In this document: positions 1 to 14,127 of the stretch, in pieces
How the letters are laid out: every line of letters starts with the position of its first letter
How positions within the stretch are numbered: position 1 is the first letter of the stretch
NCBI GenBank assembly: GCA_051294375.1
Contig: CM119268.1
Span: forward strand, 18,009,850 to 18,073,561
Length of the DNA: 63,712 nt
Origin: Paraspadella gotoi
Taxonomy: Eukaryota; Animalia; Chaetognatha
Direction: 5' to 3'
Made by a program: the position numbers and the translations under genes
Notes under the pieces: generated by a model
Database searches by the model: none
Told to the model about the DNA's origin: nothing
The model's input: only the letters and a program-made list of their open reading frames with translations

Positions 1-639
1 GAGGAGAAAAGAGGGAGGAGGGAGGATAAGAGGGAGCGAAAGTCAAAATAAAAAGGGAAGTAGAAGAGAGAGAGAGAAGGTAAGAGAAACTGAAGAAGAC
101 GTGAGATGGGAGAAAAGATAAAGAGAAAGAAATTAGAAAGAGAGATGGAGTTTGTGTGAGGTAAGTTGGTGAGGAAAGAACAGAAAAATGGGGAGAGAAA
201 GAACAGGAGAATCGTGATAGGAGACGAGAGAAAGACATTGTGGAGTCGAAATATATGAGACTAGAGGATGAGCAGCGAAAACTGAAGACAAGTTATAAAG
301 AATGAAAAAAATAATTTTAAAATATCTTTAGATTGTTTAAGGTTCGCTAACAGCCGAATCGCGCGGGAAAAGATTGCGGCGGACATTCCCATTTGTAGCG
401 ATAGCATTTCACTACACCTTGTGCTTTTAACGCGACCCTGAGATTAGGCTCCGTCTTTATATATACCGAGGAAAAACAATCAAGAAGAGTAGACAGGTAG
501 AGTTATAAACGTGAAAAAAAAGAAGGAAGGGCAAAAAGGAAAGAATAAGAAGGAAGAGGAAAAGCAGGAGAGCGAAGGAAATAGAAAATTAATATTTGAT
601 GTCTTTTCGGTTTTGGCGACGAGAAAAGAAAAGGGGGAG

Positions 640-1240
640 AAAAATGGAAAATGAGGAAAGGGGAAAACGGGGAAAAATGGAAAATGAGGAAAGGGGAAAA
701 GGGAAAAAAAAGGGAAAAATGGAAAATTAGAAAGAGGGGATAGAAAGGGGAAAAGATGGAAAATGCAGGAAAGGAGGAAAAGGATTAAAATGGAAAATTA
801 CACGGACACGCGGGAAAGAGGAAAAAAATGGAAAATGAGGAAACGGGAAAAGAGAGTAAAATGGAAAATGAGGAAAGGGGAAAAATGGAAAATTAAAATG
901 AGGATAGGGGAAATATGTGTAAGATGAGGAAATGGGGAGAAAAGGAGAAGGAAAAATGAGGTTAAGGTAAAAATGAGAAAATGGAAAATGAGGTAAGGGG
1001 AAAAGGGGAAAAAAATGAAAAATGAGAAAAAAGGGAAAAAGGGGGAAGGGGTAAAGATGGAAAATCGGAAAGGAAAAATGGAATAACATTGGGAAAAAAA
1101 TTTTAAAATGAGGGAAGGGAAAGTGGGAAAAATGAAAAATGAGGAAAGGGGAAAAATGGAAAATGGGGAAAGGCGAAAAGGGAAATATGGAAAATGAGGA
1201 AAGGGGAAAAATGGAAAAGGAAAAGGAAAAGGAAAAGGCA
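640..1240. repeat. Degenerate purine-rich minisatellite (core ATGGAAAATGAGGAAAGGGGAAAA, ~25-35 bp)
   Basis: Repeated tggaaaatgaggaaagggg units are visible directly. Confidence 0.8.
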
Positions 1241-2217
1241 TTAGGAAAAAAATTAAAAAAGGGAAAAAATAAAAATTGTTTAAAAAAAATAAAATGAAAG
1301 GAAAATGATAAACAGATAAAGATTGAGAAAAAAGAAAACTGAGAAAAGAAAAAAAAGTGTGGCGTCCTGTAGTGTTGAACTATACAAATTTGATTAAATC
1401 CTAATTAAAATGTTGTTAATGAATTAAGGAATTAAGTGGCGCGAAACGCCGAGTTCATTGGCGAAGGAATCAGAGGCGTCCGAGATGGTTTTGCAGATGG
1501 CGGAAAGGGGGCGGGGGTGTTGGCGTCGTTTGCAACTGTGATGAAAGTGGCAACGGCGGAAACAAAATGCGTAAAGTGATGGCAAGGTTGTATGCGGCGG
1601 CGGCCGTCTAGGCCCGGCAGCGCAGTGGCAGCTGCTTCATACGCGAAGGTGACTGAAAGAAAACGTTTCCCTTTCAGATCGGAAGAAACTGATTTTCTGG
1701 CGACGACAATGACGACGACGACGACGACAACGACGACGACAACGAAGACTTTCTAATCTTTAAACTTAAAAAATTAAAACCAAGATAAGCCGATTGGTGA
1801 CCATCACAGTTTCGGCTCACATTTTTTTTATTTTACATTTCAGACATTTTTAATTCAAAAAGTGAAATCAAGACTTAACGAGATTACGAGACACGATAGG
1901 AAATCTAAAATGAGCTTACGTTGAGAAGAATTAAATTATTGGCTTGATTGACAAAAACACTTGAATAACGACGATAATAAAGACGTAATGATGACGGTGA
2001 TATCATGAAAAAAATGACTCTAATGACGATGAAAACGACGACGCCACATGAGACTCATTGACGTCATGGCGACGTTACTTTGACGTCACTCTGACGTTAT
2101 CGGGACAGAGACGTCATTTTCAGTCGCACCTTTTATCTTTCCTCCGAGTTTGATAAACTGCAGGCGACGCCACAAACGGAAAGAGAAAGGGGGAAAAAGA
2201 TAGTGAAAAAGAAAAGA

Positions 2218-2552
<335 letters not shown>

Positions 2553-4749
2553 TTTTGTTATCTCAGTCTTTATTATTTTCATCATCACATTCGTCATTCA
2601 AGTCGTCGTTATCGTCTTTGTCGTCGTCGTCACCTTTGTAGACTAAACTCATCTTTGAACCTGGTCGCAGATGGCAAAGAATATATTTCTCATTTTTTGG
2701 CAATTTTCTTTTTTTTTTCTTTAAACCGATTCATTTTTTCTTCCCAAAGAAATTTTACATTTTATATTTTTTTCATTAAATAACTGATTTAAAGTCGGCA
2801 ACGTTTGATCTTCAATTTTTAGTTTTTGCGAGAAAAAAAAATGTTCCTCCACACAGCTGTCAAAACATACCTTTACGATTTGTAGTAAAACGTTCTACGT
2901 GAAAAAAAAANNNNNNNNNNNNNNNNNNNNNNNNNNNNNNNNNNNNNNNNNNNNNNNNNNNNNNNNNNNNNNNNNNNNNNNNNNNNNNNNNNNNNNNNNN
3001 NNNNNNNNNNNNNNNNNNNNNNNNNNNNNNNNNNNNNNNNNNNNNNNNNNNNNNNNNNNNNNNNNNNNNNNNNNNNNNNNNNNNNNNNNNNAATGGAAAC
3101 CAATAAGAGAAAAAAAAGGTATGAATCTCCATCAAACAAAACAAAAGGCGAGAAAATATGGGAAACAAATAAACAGACAACAAACATAATAAAGGAAGAA
3201 AATAACAGCGACGAGANNNNNNNNNNNNNNNNNNNNNNNNNNNNNNNNNNNNNNNNNNNNNNNNNNNNNNNNNNNNNNNNNNNNNNNNNNNNNNNNNNNN
3301 NNNNNNNNNNNNNNNNNNNNNNNNNNNNNNNNNNNNNNNNNNNNNNNNNNNNNNNNNNNNNNNNNNNNNNNNNNNNNNNNNNNNNNNNNNNNNNNNNNNN
3401 NNNNNNNNNNNNNNNNNNNNNNNNNNNNNNNNNNNNNNNNNNNNNNNNNNNNNNNNNNNNNNNNNNNNNNNNNNACAATAACAACAACAACGACAAAACC
3501 GCTTCTCCAAGAAAAGACTCCTTTTTTTTCGACGGTGGACGATGTTTGGGTAAATCATGAAATATGCAATGTCCCACCGAATGGCGGCGGGTCTAAGATG
3601 ATGCCATTTCCGACTTCTACGCCGATGCTTTTCTTCGGATGTTCGACTTTTATATTGATCTCTTTTTAAAAACTATATCTTTAAATTTTTTTTTCTTATA
3701 TTAACGAGAAAACGATTAGCGTTTCCATTTTATCTTCATCTTTTCTTTCTTTGGAATATTCTAAGCGCTTTAACTGGTCACGAGACAGACCAATCAATCC
3801 ATTCTACCGGCACTCGCGCTTCGACCCGATTTTCATGTCCCTCCTCATCTCTCTTAGTCGTCTGCGCGTTTATTACTCTGGTAGCTATACTCTGTACTGA
3901 TATAAATTTGAAGAATACTTGGCTTCGTTTCACATTTTTATTGGAGAGAGATTATCCCTTTTATCATTCTTGGCTTTCGATAGATTTAAAAAAAGTTTTT
4001 TTCGTTCTTTCTTCATCTTTCATGCAGCAGTCTCAGCAGCCGGTGTCGCCGCGTCCCCGGTTACCCAGTTAATTCTTTGTTATTTCGCACGAGCAGCTGG
4101 AATTAAGTGTGGAACGAAACTGGTTTTTTCTTCGAATGCGGACCCTTTCATTAACATGAAATCGAAGAGCATCTTGTTTTGAGGGAATCCGACGAATTTT
4201 TATAAAATAAAAGAATAATCTTCGAATTTTTAAACAAATATTCTATCCGTCATACACAAAAAATATTAAAACGAAATTACGTTTTCGTTTATTGAGTTCC
4301 ATGTAAGTTGGTAATATATGTGGACACTAAAGCGTAGCAAAAATATTAAAATCAAGTAGAATCAAAATTCGAATAGTAGATCACGAACAGGCTTGTACCT
4401 GTGAATATTTTTAAATAAAAAAAATTTAATTTCTATTTTTCAATTTTCGCCTATGCCCATATTTATACATAATACTCACCATAAAAAATGTCAAAATTTT
4501 TAAATGTTTTTTTCTTATTTTTAAAAGCACATTCGAATTCCTCACGAAAAGTTGATAGAAGGAAATATAACTCTTTTTAGGAAATGATTTCATTAAGTGG
4601 GTCAAAATCCTAAAAAAACTATTATTATTAACCTATAATTAAATTTTAGTATTAAAAATATAGTTTTTTTTAATTTTTAAACAGGAGTACAACTGAAACG
4701 TTGAGCATTTCTCTATTTTCATCTTTTATACTAAGTCATCGGCTAAGAG

Positions 4750-4885
4750 ATGGCGTCGCGACCTGAAGGCGTTTGTCTTTCTAACGAAATAAAAAGCATA
4801 ATTGCGGAAAAATTCGAGGAAGAAGATGCACGTGAAGCTTTGAACTGGATCCAGTTCCATATTTTCGAAGACTTTGACTGTACGG
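4750..4885 (+). CDS. Calponin/transgelin (myophilin/Mp20-like) gene, exon 1
   Basis: ATG at 4750; MASRPEGVCLSNEIKSIIAEKFEEEDAREALNWIQFHIFEDFDCT resembles a myophilin N-terminus; donor G|gtgagt, phase 1 matches exon 2. Confidence 0.88.
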
Positions 4886-5374
4886 GTGAGTTCAATGGTG
4901 ATCGATTTTAAGTCGGGAGAGCAAGCAAAACCAAGCATGATTTGCCTCTCGGGTTCTTTTGGGCTTTTGCTCTCACTGACAAGGATGGGAACTATCGTTT
5001 CGTGGCATATTTCATCATAATTTTTATGTCTGATACAATTATTTTTTTTTGTTTTAAGCAAACATTGTTAAACCTATATTTAAACCTAAAGTTGCCCGAG
5101 TACACATAAATTATATATTTGAATTTTGAAACTCTACTTACACCTATATTTAATTCTTTAGCTTCACTATAGTATTTAAAATGTATTTTAGTATCTTTCA
5201 AACCTTTTTAAGCTTTTTAATATTTAATATTTACACGTAACTTATATTCAAACAACTGGTATCTACTATCTATATACTTGAATTTAACTTGTATTTTACA
5301 TGTATTTTTATTTTTATATGTAATTGGGACCACCAATATAAAGATTATCTATTTTTTAACCCTCTTCACCTTAG

Positions 5375-5583
5375 GATCACCGGACAACTTTCACTCGGTG
5401 TTAAAGGACGGGCAGCGTCTCTGCCGACTGATAAACAAATTGAATCGCAGTGACTCCATCAAGATCAACACTTCCAAATTGGCCTTCAAGGAGATGGAGA
5501 ACATCGGCCGCTTCCTCGATGCTTGCCACGATTACGGCGTCAACAGACATGATCTCTTTCAAACCGTGGATCTCTATGAGGCG
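5375..5583 (+). CDS. Calponin/transgelin (myophilin/Mp20-like) gene, exon 2 (CH domain core)
   Basis: Acceptor ttag|; GSPDNFHSVLKDGQRLCRLINKL...AFKEMENIGRFLDACHDYGV..DLFQTVDLYEA carries the calponin-family motifs LKDG-LC-LINKL and DLFQTVDLYE; donor gtgggt, phase 0. Confidence 0.95.
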
Positions 5584-6056
5584 GTGGGTCACGTCGCTAA
5601 TGAGGCGAAGATGTAGCAATTCCAGTGTTGATGCGGCGATTATGCGGCGATGTGTCGTAATTGTGCAAATGGATATGCTGCGATAATTTAGAGATGTTGC
5701 ACCATTGATGCACCATTGATGCAGCGTTGATGCTGTGTTTCGGCAATGATGCGAGCTTTCGGATGCTACGATCGTTACAAAGAATTAAGTCATTGGTTTG
5801 ATATGATTGATTTAATATAATTATTTTAAAAAAAACCATAACAAAGACGTAAACCTTTGTTTACAAACAAAACGACAGTACGTTAAAACAAACGCATTAC
5901 GAGAAAACGAACGATAGACTTGAAGAAAAAGGAACACAACAATCTTAAAATGTTAATAATAATTGATTCCGACTTCGAATACAACGATTATGATATTTTG
6001 AAATTATAATCTACGATGTTGTTTAATTATAATTCACGATGTTGATCTCTCTTCAG

Positions 6057-6176
6057 CAAAATCTTGCGGCGGTCGTCTCCGCAATCCACGCGCTTGGTCG
6101 AAAGGCGGGAACTAAAGGAGAACTGGGATTGGGACCCCATGAGGGGCGTCCCAGGGATTTCCAATTAGAAAATTGA
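6057..6176 (+). CDS. Calponin/transgelin (myophilin/Mp20-like) gene, exon 3 (terminal)
   Basis: Acceptor ctcttcag|; QNLAAVVSAIHALGRKAGTKGELGLGPHEGRPRDFQLEN* is the CH C-terminal helix followed by LGP; TGA 6174-6176; AATAAA near 6378. Spliced product is 154 aa. Confidence 0.88.
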   Translation, partial: QNLAAVVSAIHALGRKAGTKGELGLGPHEGRPRDFQLEN

Positions 6177-6471
6177 AAAATATGTACACATCGATATCAT
6201 TTGAAAATTGCAAAATTGCTTTTTTTATTATAGTAAATTGGTATTCAGATTGTAGAGTTTTAAACATTGATATTTGTAAATATTTAATTAAAATCATATG
6301 ATGGGGATATTTATTGTAATGTTTGGTTCGGAAAATACGTGAGGGAGTTTCATTTTAAGTTTGTTAAAAGGTCTCGATAATAAAAGATAATAAAAGATAT
6401 TAAAAGATCGGTAGTACAGTTAGTTTTATGTTCATTATATACATCTAGATAATGAAAGAAAGACGGCCTTT

Positions 6472-6568
<97 letters not shown>

Positions 6569-6856
6569 ATCCATTTCTTTCTCCGTCTCTGTCTCTCTCT
6601 AATGCAGATGCTTCGTATTCACCTTTGGCACCTTATTTATTCTTTTCATTTCTCCCCAGAGATAATGGTCCGACCTTTTCCTTATCGTTCATTCCTATTT
6701 TTTTTATTTTATAAGCTATATCTTTCTTGTTCTTTAACTTATATATATATCAATAGTAAATTCAAGTTTTTGTCTTCTATTATGTTTTATTTAGTTTCCC
6801 TATTGTTGTTTTAGTTTAATTTTTTTCGTTAAGTAGTTTTTCATTCGCTTTTCCTC

Positions 6857-6897
6857 CTTTCTTTCTTTCTTTCTTAATTTTTCTTTTTTTCTTTTTT

Positions 6898-6977
<80 letters not shown>

Positions 6978-6989
6978 TTGCTTAATTTT

Positions 6990-7048
<59 letters not shown>
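6857..7048. repeat. (TTTC)n microsatellite
   Basis: Direct inspection; similar (AAAG)n tracts occur at 17990-18055, 32428-32524, 33000-33077 and 38690-38800. Confidence 0.9.
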
Positions 7049-7049
<1 letters not shown>

Positions 7050-7367
7050 ACTTTCTCTTCGAGCACTGATCGTTTTCATCAAATTCGTTTTTCAATAATT
7101 GTAATTATCGTCGCAAACGTAAAAATAATATATTATAATTACCACCTCTCCGACATCTATAAAATAAAATAAAATCGTCTGCTGTCGTAGTTCGAATTTC
7201 AGACGAACCCGCGTTGCTCAAGTCGTTGTCGTCGTCGTCGTTGTCGTCTTTGCAAAACGTCGCCGCCATCGATTTGTTCATAATGGTTTTTTTTTTTTTT
7301 CAAAATATGAACCTCCAAAAAAGATGTGGCCCAAATAGTATAACTATAACGCCCCCCAAGAGAAAAA

Positions 7368-7455
<88 letters not shown>

Positions 7456-7858
7456 GCTTGTCCCTTTTCCTCTGTCGTTTTAAAATTTATACGATCCCCT
7501 CGTTCCATCGTGGTTCCGGTTTTCTGCGTCATAAACTTTTTCATCTTTTTTTTCTATTTCTTTTTTTTCCCTTTAAATTTGGTTTAAAATTTCGAGTAAA
7601 AAATTATCTTTTTTTATTTTTATAACTTTTCACCTCGGCGTCCATTTTCCGCCTGAGCGATCTCCAAATCTGTTTAAAGAAAAGAAAAAGAAAAAAAAGT
7701 AAAATGAGAAAAAAAAGTTGGTGAATACATTGACACCTAATTTTCTAGTTTTTTTTTTTACTCTTTTCTCCTCATTGCATAATAAACTAAAGTCTCTCTC
7801 TCTCTCCTCTCTCCTCTCTCTCTCTCTCTTCTCTCTCTCTCCTCTCTCTTCTCTCTCT

Positions 7859-7899
<41 letters not shown>

Positions 7900-9345
7900 C
7901 TTTTCTTTCTCTCTCTCTCTCACCTTATTTGAATTTTTTCATAGTTGTGCATAAATAAATCTTATTGTAATAAAATTCGCGTTGGAAAACATTTTCGCTA
8001 AAAAAATTGTCAAAGAAAATAAATTATCTACGAATGTTACTCAACAAAAAACACTAGAGCCCCAAAAAATGTGGGAAATGTTGTAATTGTGCGATCGATA
8101 AATATAAATGTTGAAAATGTAACACAATGTTTGTAATAAAAGTGGGAATAAAAAATTTATGAAAGCCTCAAAATTGAGAATATTTAGTATATTCGATGAC
8201 GACAACAAATCACTTATTCTTGTTTGAATTTTTCTCATATATGTAGTTAAAAAGCCTAAGCTTACATATTTGTTTTCTAGATACAAAAAATAAGAAATTA
8301 AAAATCTGTAAAAAATAATCTTTGCCGTTTATTCAAATTGAAAATCAAAAGCAATTAAAATATCTTCAACCCAAAAATCTAAACCAAGGAACTAAAACTA
8401 AATATTATGAAATCAGCTCGTGTCTTTGATTCGGCATAAAAACGAATTTAATCCGACGAATATTCATTTTTTAAGAAATTTTTTTTTAACGATTCTTTTT
8501 CATTTTAAAGTTTTTTCTTTCTTTACGTAGTCGTACGTGTTCTCTGTCAAAGAGCAGGACAAAAATGCTAAAGTGATTTTTGTAAAAAAAAATTCTCCTT
8601 AATCTCTCTCTCTCTCTCTCCCTCTCCTCACTCTCTTTCTCGGCTTTTGCACTAAGATTTCTCAGGAAAAAAGAAAAGAAAATAACAAAAAAGGAAAAAA
8701 ATTGTGTGAATAAAAACGTGAGAGAGAGAGAGACAGAGNNNNNNNNNNAGAGAGAGAGAGAGATCTGAGAAATGAAAATGGTATGGGCGGTGTTTGAATC
8801 TTAATGGAGACATTCCCTCCTCTTTGTCAGAAGACACGATGCGGTGGGGAAGCAAGAATGAAGAGAGAGAGTGAAGAAGAGGGAAAGAGAGAGAAAGAGA
8901 GATTGGAGAAGTGGGAAAGAGAGCGAGGGAGAGAGCGGAGAAGAGGGAGAGGGAGAGAGAGTGAGAGAGGCGGAGAGAAGAGAGAGTGAAGATTAGGAAA
9001 GAAAAGGAAGAGGGAGAAAAAAGAGGGAGAGGGAGAGGAAAGAGGAAGAGGGAGAGAGAAGAGGAATAGGAATAGCGAGAGGAGGAGGAAGAGAGCGATG
9101 AAGCGGAAGATAGGAAGGAAGAAGAAGAAAGCTAGGAAGAGTTCGTATTTCGATATCAATTTAGACTGAAACAGGAAAGAAGATTTAGGAATTTCGAATC
9201 AAAGCTGACGTCACCTCGTCCCGTCCAGAGTCAAGATACAGTTATCACGGTTGTTTTTGTTGTTTTGCCGAAAGGTGGAGGAGATCTAACCAATTGGGTT
9301 AATCGACTGGTTAACGGGTTAACCTCGTTGAGTTTGTCGACGCCT

Positions 9346-9415
<70 letters not shown>

Positions 9416-11792
9416 ACGCACGCACGCACGCGCGGATACAGTTGGAAGGCATGAAAATAAATTTTCAAACTTACCTTTGACAAGAATGACCGATTTTTTT
9501 TTCGGTCTCCTCTGTTCTCTCTTTTTTTCTTTCTTTGAAAAGGAAAGAAAAGCTTCAAGAGTTTTTCTTTTGCATCGATAAAGTTTAAGGAAAAGTTATC
9601 GTCTATTTCCGTCACCTCATATTTCTTCTCCTCTTTCGCTTTTCTTTTCTCTTTTTTCTTCTATTTCTTTTATTTCATTTGGAGTTGGCACATATCCTCT
9701 TTTTCCTTCTTTTATTTTGTATTTATTACCTCACTAAATCTTTAATATATTTGAGAATGATGTACAAACAAAAAAAGCATATGTCTAATCAATTAATGAG
9801 TTTTGATGCATGACTGATAAGGTTTCATTCTAACGATTCCCTTCGCTAAACGCTTTTCTTAACATTCAAACTTTCAGACACCGGTTAATATTTATTAACT
9901 CTGCCTTTTCTCAATTAACAGGCCATTAAAAGTTAACAAGTTGAAACCTGATTTTTTTGTTGTTGTTGTTGTCGCAACATTAATATGGAAAGCGGAGAAA
10001 ACAGGGAATTGCTAGTGACACCGGATACAACATTCAATATTAACGGGGAAGTTGTACTCATTTTCTCTGTTTATTTACAAAAACTTGTTTACCTCGGGGC
10101 GAGATCTCCTTGAAGAGTCAACAAACTCGCCGACGACTGAAGGAGGAGGAGGAGGAAGAGGAGGAGGAGGAGGAGGAGTTTGAAGTGGAGGAGGGGATAA
10201 GGGGGACATGCTGGGGAAAAGGGGATGAAGTGGAAAAAGGGGGAAGCAAAGGGGGATGAAGTGGGAAAAGGGGGGAGGAAAATTAACGAGAAAAATGAAG
10301 AAGAATAAACAGAAATGTGTTTGGGGAAATGGGGAAGCAAATGGGGGAATAGTGGGAAAAAAAGAGGAGATAGAAATCGGGGAGAAAATGGAAAATGGGG
10401 TTAAAAAAAGGGTAAAAAAGGGTAAAAAGGGTAAAAATGGTAGAAAAAGGGGACTGGGTTGAAAGAAAAAAATAGAAATGAGGGGTTAAAGCCAAATAGG
10501 AGGCTGAGAGAAGCGATAGAAAACAAGTATGTGAGGAGGAAAGAAATCAATAAAAAAATATCACCGACTCCCCCCCCCTCGCCGCCCCCTCTCCGCCCCC
10601 CTCATACCTTCTTGATGACACGCATCTCAAAGTCGGTGGAACTCATAAAATTGAAACGCGGGGTAGAAAAGAAAAATTAAAAAAAAATATGATAAGAATA
10701 TTAAAAAAAGGCGGGAAAAGAAGGAATGTTTGAATTGATCGGAAAAGTTGTTTTAAAAAGTTATAATTAAGAATTTGGAACTAATAAGATTAATTGTATT
10801 ACGAAAATTTGTTATAGAAAATAAAATATATACGAAAGAATAAAAAAAAAACAAAAGGGAATCGGTAGCATTATAACAAACGAAGAATTTAAATGAAACA
10901 ATAAAACTAAATTAAACGATAATAAATGGAAATGGTGAAATATATTTTTAAAAAAGATATAACTAAAATTTAATTCTCACAATAAACTAAAAAAAATTTT
11001 AAAAACGTAGAACGAAAAGCGAATAACCGAATTATTAAAATGCCAATAAGTAAAAATAAATAAGAAAAAAGAGGAAAAAAAGGTTAAAATTCGCCCAAAA
11101 GAAAAGACGAGAAAGAAAAAAAAATGAAAAAGTCATAAAAAGGAGAGAAAAAAAAGAGAAGGAAAACAAAGGGAAAAACAAAGAGAATGAGCAGAAAACA
11201 AGAACCGGCAAGTTTAAGGTTGTGCACCGCAGTGACTTCATATTAATATAAATAGCTAATATTATACGAACTATGCCGAATTAAATTTCTGATCACTTGA
11301 TCATATTTTTATATAGTTACATAATGATACAAGTGTGAAACATAGCAATAAAATGTATTCACTAATTCTTTTACAGTCTTCCAAGTAATAACCAAAAAAA
11401 AACTTTATATTTTCTCAATTATTCCGCTTAATTTTCTAGTCATTTGATCATTCGATCATTTGTTTTTGTGATTATGTAACTGCTCATGGTACCTTACCTT
11501 CCAACCAAATACCAATGTAATTGATAAAGACATACAGTATTACCCGACTTATAACTATTTAATACTTAAGAAGGATAAACCAACGACCGACCGACCGACC
11601 CAGCAAAAAGTGCCTTAAAGAGTTGCACTGCGATTACTCGCGGCGAAACTCGCGTGAAAAACAGATGGAAAAAAATGTGAAAGAAAAGATGGGAAGAGAT
11701 AGAGGGCGTCGTGAAAAGGAATCACCTCCACTTCAACCACCTCTATGGCCTCCACCGCCTCCAACCCCACCGCTTCAACGCCTTCAAACAAG

Positions 11793-14114
11793 TATGTCAT
11801 CCTCAGAAATCGCTTCCCCGGGGCGCGTGCTGGGGGCGGCCCACGGTGGGCTCCGCAGGGCGGCACCCCGAGGGGCAGCAAAACTACGGCCTAGGGCGCC
11901 CCTGTTAGCCCTTTTGGAGCCCCGAAGGGGCCACTCAGGGGGATCCCCCATGTGGCTAGAAAACCTTGCCCCTGGGGCTACCACCAGGGGATGGATTTTC
12001 CTGCCCCCTGAGAACGGCTCTCTCTCCCTCCTCTCTCTCTCTCATCCTCTACTCTCTCTTTCTCTTCCTCTCTCTTCTCTCTCTTCTCTAGTATCTATTT
12101 CTATTTTCATCTTTCGATTACAATAAAATATAAAATAAAAAATTATATTTTTCACTTCAATATCAATATGAACCAAGCTTGCACCAAATACCACTGCTAA
12201 TTTTGCGTCACCTTGCCATAATTTAGTCAATGACCTATAATTGGTCAATGACATTAATTGTCAACCTGATATAAGTTTAATAACTTTTTAAATTTGGTTA
12301 AACTTATAATTGGCTCATCTCTCATCAATTTGAGTTAATTTTTTATAATTTAGTTAACTGTTAATTGGTTCCTTCATAATTGGCTAAACATTGGTATAAT
12401 TTGGTAACTTTATAATTTGGTTAAACATTCATATTTTGGTAAACCTTCATATTTAGGTAAACTTCACTAATTGAATCAATTTGCATAATTAAAAGCAACT
12501 CGCCATAATGGTCAACTCTGGATAATTGGTCAATTTCATAGATTTGTCAATTGGCATAAATTGGTTAAATGGTATTAAATTGGTTAGTTAGCGTTAATTA
12601 GTCCACAGTCATAATTTTGTCAACTTGCATAATTTGGTCAAACTATAGAGATTTGGACAACTTGATCAATTTAGTCAAATTAAATTAATCTTTTGGTCAA
12701 CAAGTAACTTAACAATTAGGTGAGTAGATGATTGTTATCCGATAGCAATAAATAAAAAGAAGAAGAGAAAAGAGTGCAAAATCTTTTTTTAATAATGTTC
12801 AAGTAAAGAACTTTTGTTTTGTCATTAAAACTCACTTTTATTTTCTACCTACAACACAAATTTTTATCTAATAATTTTATAGAATAAAAAAGTAGGTGGT
12901 TTTATTTTTAATTCACTTATAAAAATAATATTATTAAAAATATTTAATTATTAATAATTAATATCAGGTCTTTAAAGTCCATCCCATATTAGCATTAACA
13001 CTCATTATTCTGTGATTAAATGATGGATTGGAATAAATTTTGAGTGTGGGTGAAAGTAGTGATGAGTAGATACTGAAAATCTGCTCACTCTCTCTCTCAA
13101 ATCGTCAGCTTCTACTTTAACAACGGTGAGTTTATCTTAAGCAATCTACTAACTGATGGATTATTAATTACAATCTTAAATAAATAAAATTTTTATTTTA
13201 CGATGTAGGAATGTTTAATTTGATGAATAGTTTTATTTGTTTTTGTTTGGGGGGCTTCCATAATTCATAGTAGTCTGTCAGTCACTTGCCCTATTTTGTT
13301 TGTGATTTATTTATTTCTTTTAACATCAAATTAGAATATTTAAAAAATATGTCTTCTATCAGTCATCAGATGTTTATCTAACAAAAAAGAAGAAAAAAAA
13401 AAAATTAAAAAAGAAAGATAAAAAGATAAAAAAACGAAGACAAATAACTGAATTACTTTTTACCACTAAAATTTTTGTGGCTACGTCGACATTGTTTGGC
13501 TAACACTTGTTTCTATATCTTTTAATGAAATAAAATATTGGGTTAAATAATACATTAATTTTAGATATATAAGGAAAATAAATTTTGTGAAGTTAACAAT
13601 AATTTGAAAAATATGTATATTGTAATTCAGTTACATAAACAATTCTTGAAGAGAGACCGAGAAAAAAAAAAACGAGATCTATAGAGTGAGAGAAAAGAGA
13701 TGAGAGAGAGAGGAAAAAAGAAGAGTGAATGAGAAAGAGAGAGAGAGAAAGAGGAGAGAAAGAAAAGGATGAGGAAAGACGAAATAACAGATAGGAGAGA
13801 ATATTCTCAGATATAATACATAGTCAGAAAGTATATTTTGTTATCTAAACTTGTCTCTCTTTAACTCGCCCTGGGAGCAGTTTTTTGCTCACCTAAGGGT
13901 TACCCAGGGGAACTTTTTTGCCCAGGGCTAATTCATTAGGGGCCCTAATAGACCAAATGTTGGCCCCAGGGGACCCCCTGGGGCGCCCCTGAGGCAATCC
14001 AGAGGGGGGGGAGAGGCGCCCCCCAATGACCATTTGTGCTGGCGCCCCCTGGCGATAATCTTGCCCTGGGCCGCCTACGAGCCGCCCCGCGGGCGGAGTT
14101 TGGGAGATGACATA
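11793..14114. mobile_element. Putative ~2.3-kb non-autonomous DNA transposon / foldback element
   Basis: Ends TATGTCATC (11793) and GATGACATA (14114). GC-rich ~220-250-bp imperfect inverted arms share cggggcg, ggcggccca, gggcgcc, caggggg(a)tcccc and cccctggg in the same order. The interior is AT-rich with no transposase ORF. Confidence 0.55.
12210..12715. repeat. Degenerate ~20-bp tandem repeat (core ATAATTTGGTCAA) inside the foldback element
   Basis: Recurrent cataatttggtcaa / ataattggttaa units. Confidence 0.7.
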
Positions 14115-14127
14115 TTCCTCACACACT

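Noticed and set aside
2860-3577. ORFs spanning N-runs (also 15588-16094 and 38192-38863)
   Set aside because: They are open only because of assembly gaps.
5600-5780. GATGC-rich ~11-bp repeats after calponin exon 2 as a coding extension
   Set aside because: They lie after a phase-compatible donor, in intron 2; they form a degenerate intronic minisatellite.
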